NCBI GenBank assembly: GCA_964187785.1
Contig: OZ076413.1
Span: 43,526,001 to 43,590,000 of the forward strand
Origin: Amphiscolops sp. MND2022
Taxonomy: Eukaryota
Reading direction: 5' to 3'
DNA length: 64,000 nucleotides
Shown here: positions 63,290-64,000 of the stretch, piece after piece
Position numbering within the stretch: position 1 is the stretch's first letter
Layout: every line of letters starts with the position of its first letter
Notes under the pieces: generated by a model
The model's input: the letters and a program-made list of their open reading frames with translations, nothing else
Database searches by the model: none
Told to the model about the DNA's origin: nothing
Made by a program: the position numbers and the translations under genes

Positions 63290-64000
63290 CATTTTAAAGA
63301 AATTTTTCTCAATTTTTCGATAGATATCATCGTGGTGTAGAATGTTGAAAACGTTTAACAAGGCACGAACTCGTTGTCCAAACATTTTCGATGAAGAGAT
63401 AAATGCTCTTTTCCAAATGAAATAAATAACTCAAATTGACACCGAAGATAACAAAAAACCGAAAATTCTCCATTTTTCAATGTTTTCATGCAATTTTTGT
63501 CCAAATTTAGATAGACTTCGGGGATTGGAATGTTGAAAACGTTCATCAAGGTAAGAATTCCGTGTCCAGAAGTTTTTAATGACTAGATATTTGCAGTTTT
63601 CCGAATGACAAAGGTCTCAAATTGACACCGAAACTGACAAAAAACCTAAAATTTTCCATTTTTCAAAGTTTTTATGCATTTTTTGTTAAAGTTTCGACAG
63701 ACATAGTCGACAGACAAACAACAGGGTTGGAATGTTGCAAGGGGTAAACTAGGCAAAATTGTGCTGTCCAGCTTGCTTAGATAAGAGATAAATGCAGAAT
63801 GGAAAATGTCTGGAATTGACACCGAAAAAGACAAAAATTTGGAACTTTTCACAATTTTTGTTCAATTTTTGTCAAACTATCGACAGATTTCGTTGACAAG
63901 AATGTTGATAATCCTCGAATAATAGATCAACTTGTTGTTTCAGTGAGCTTTCGTCAAGAGAAAAATAAAATTTGTAGAACAGAAATGCCTCAATTTGACC
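63290..64000 (+). repeat. Satellite B, second block, runs off the window
   Basis: AATTGACACCGAA at about 63435, 63620 and 63815 with GGATTGGAATGTTGAAAA modules. Confidence 0.8.

Overview
Eukaryotic (invertebrate animal-like), AT-rich window made almost entirely of transposable elements and repeats; the species cannot be identified from sequence alone. 1-3405 is the right end of a Polinton/Maverick-type element: a protein-primed PolB with a Vsr-like nuclease insert, two orphan genes and an ...ACTACT terminus. All three genes appear to be split by short, frame-preserving GT-AG introns (6 in total). A full-length Mag-like Gypsy element lies at 7742-13873 (5-bp TSD). A 13.6-kb CCC-ended CACTA/EnSpm-type element with a 2-bp TSD (14507-28088) encloses a 7.5-kb array of a ~176-bp satellite with higher-order repeats and a decayed multi-exon BEN-like gene. 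The rest includes five smaller CCC/2-bp-TSD elements, four Helentron-type HINEs, a second ~180-bp degenerate satellite with a ~2-kb duplication, a decayed second Gypsy element with tandem protease-like domains, two truncated copies of a third LTR family, and a few weakly supported host-like exons. All calls were made by eye, with no database searches.
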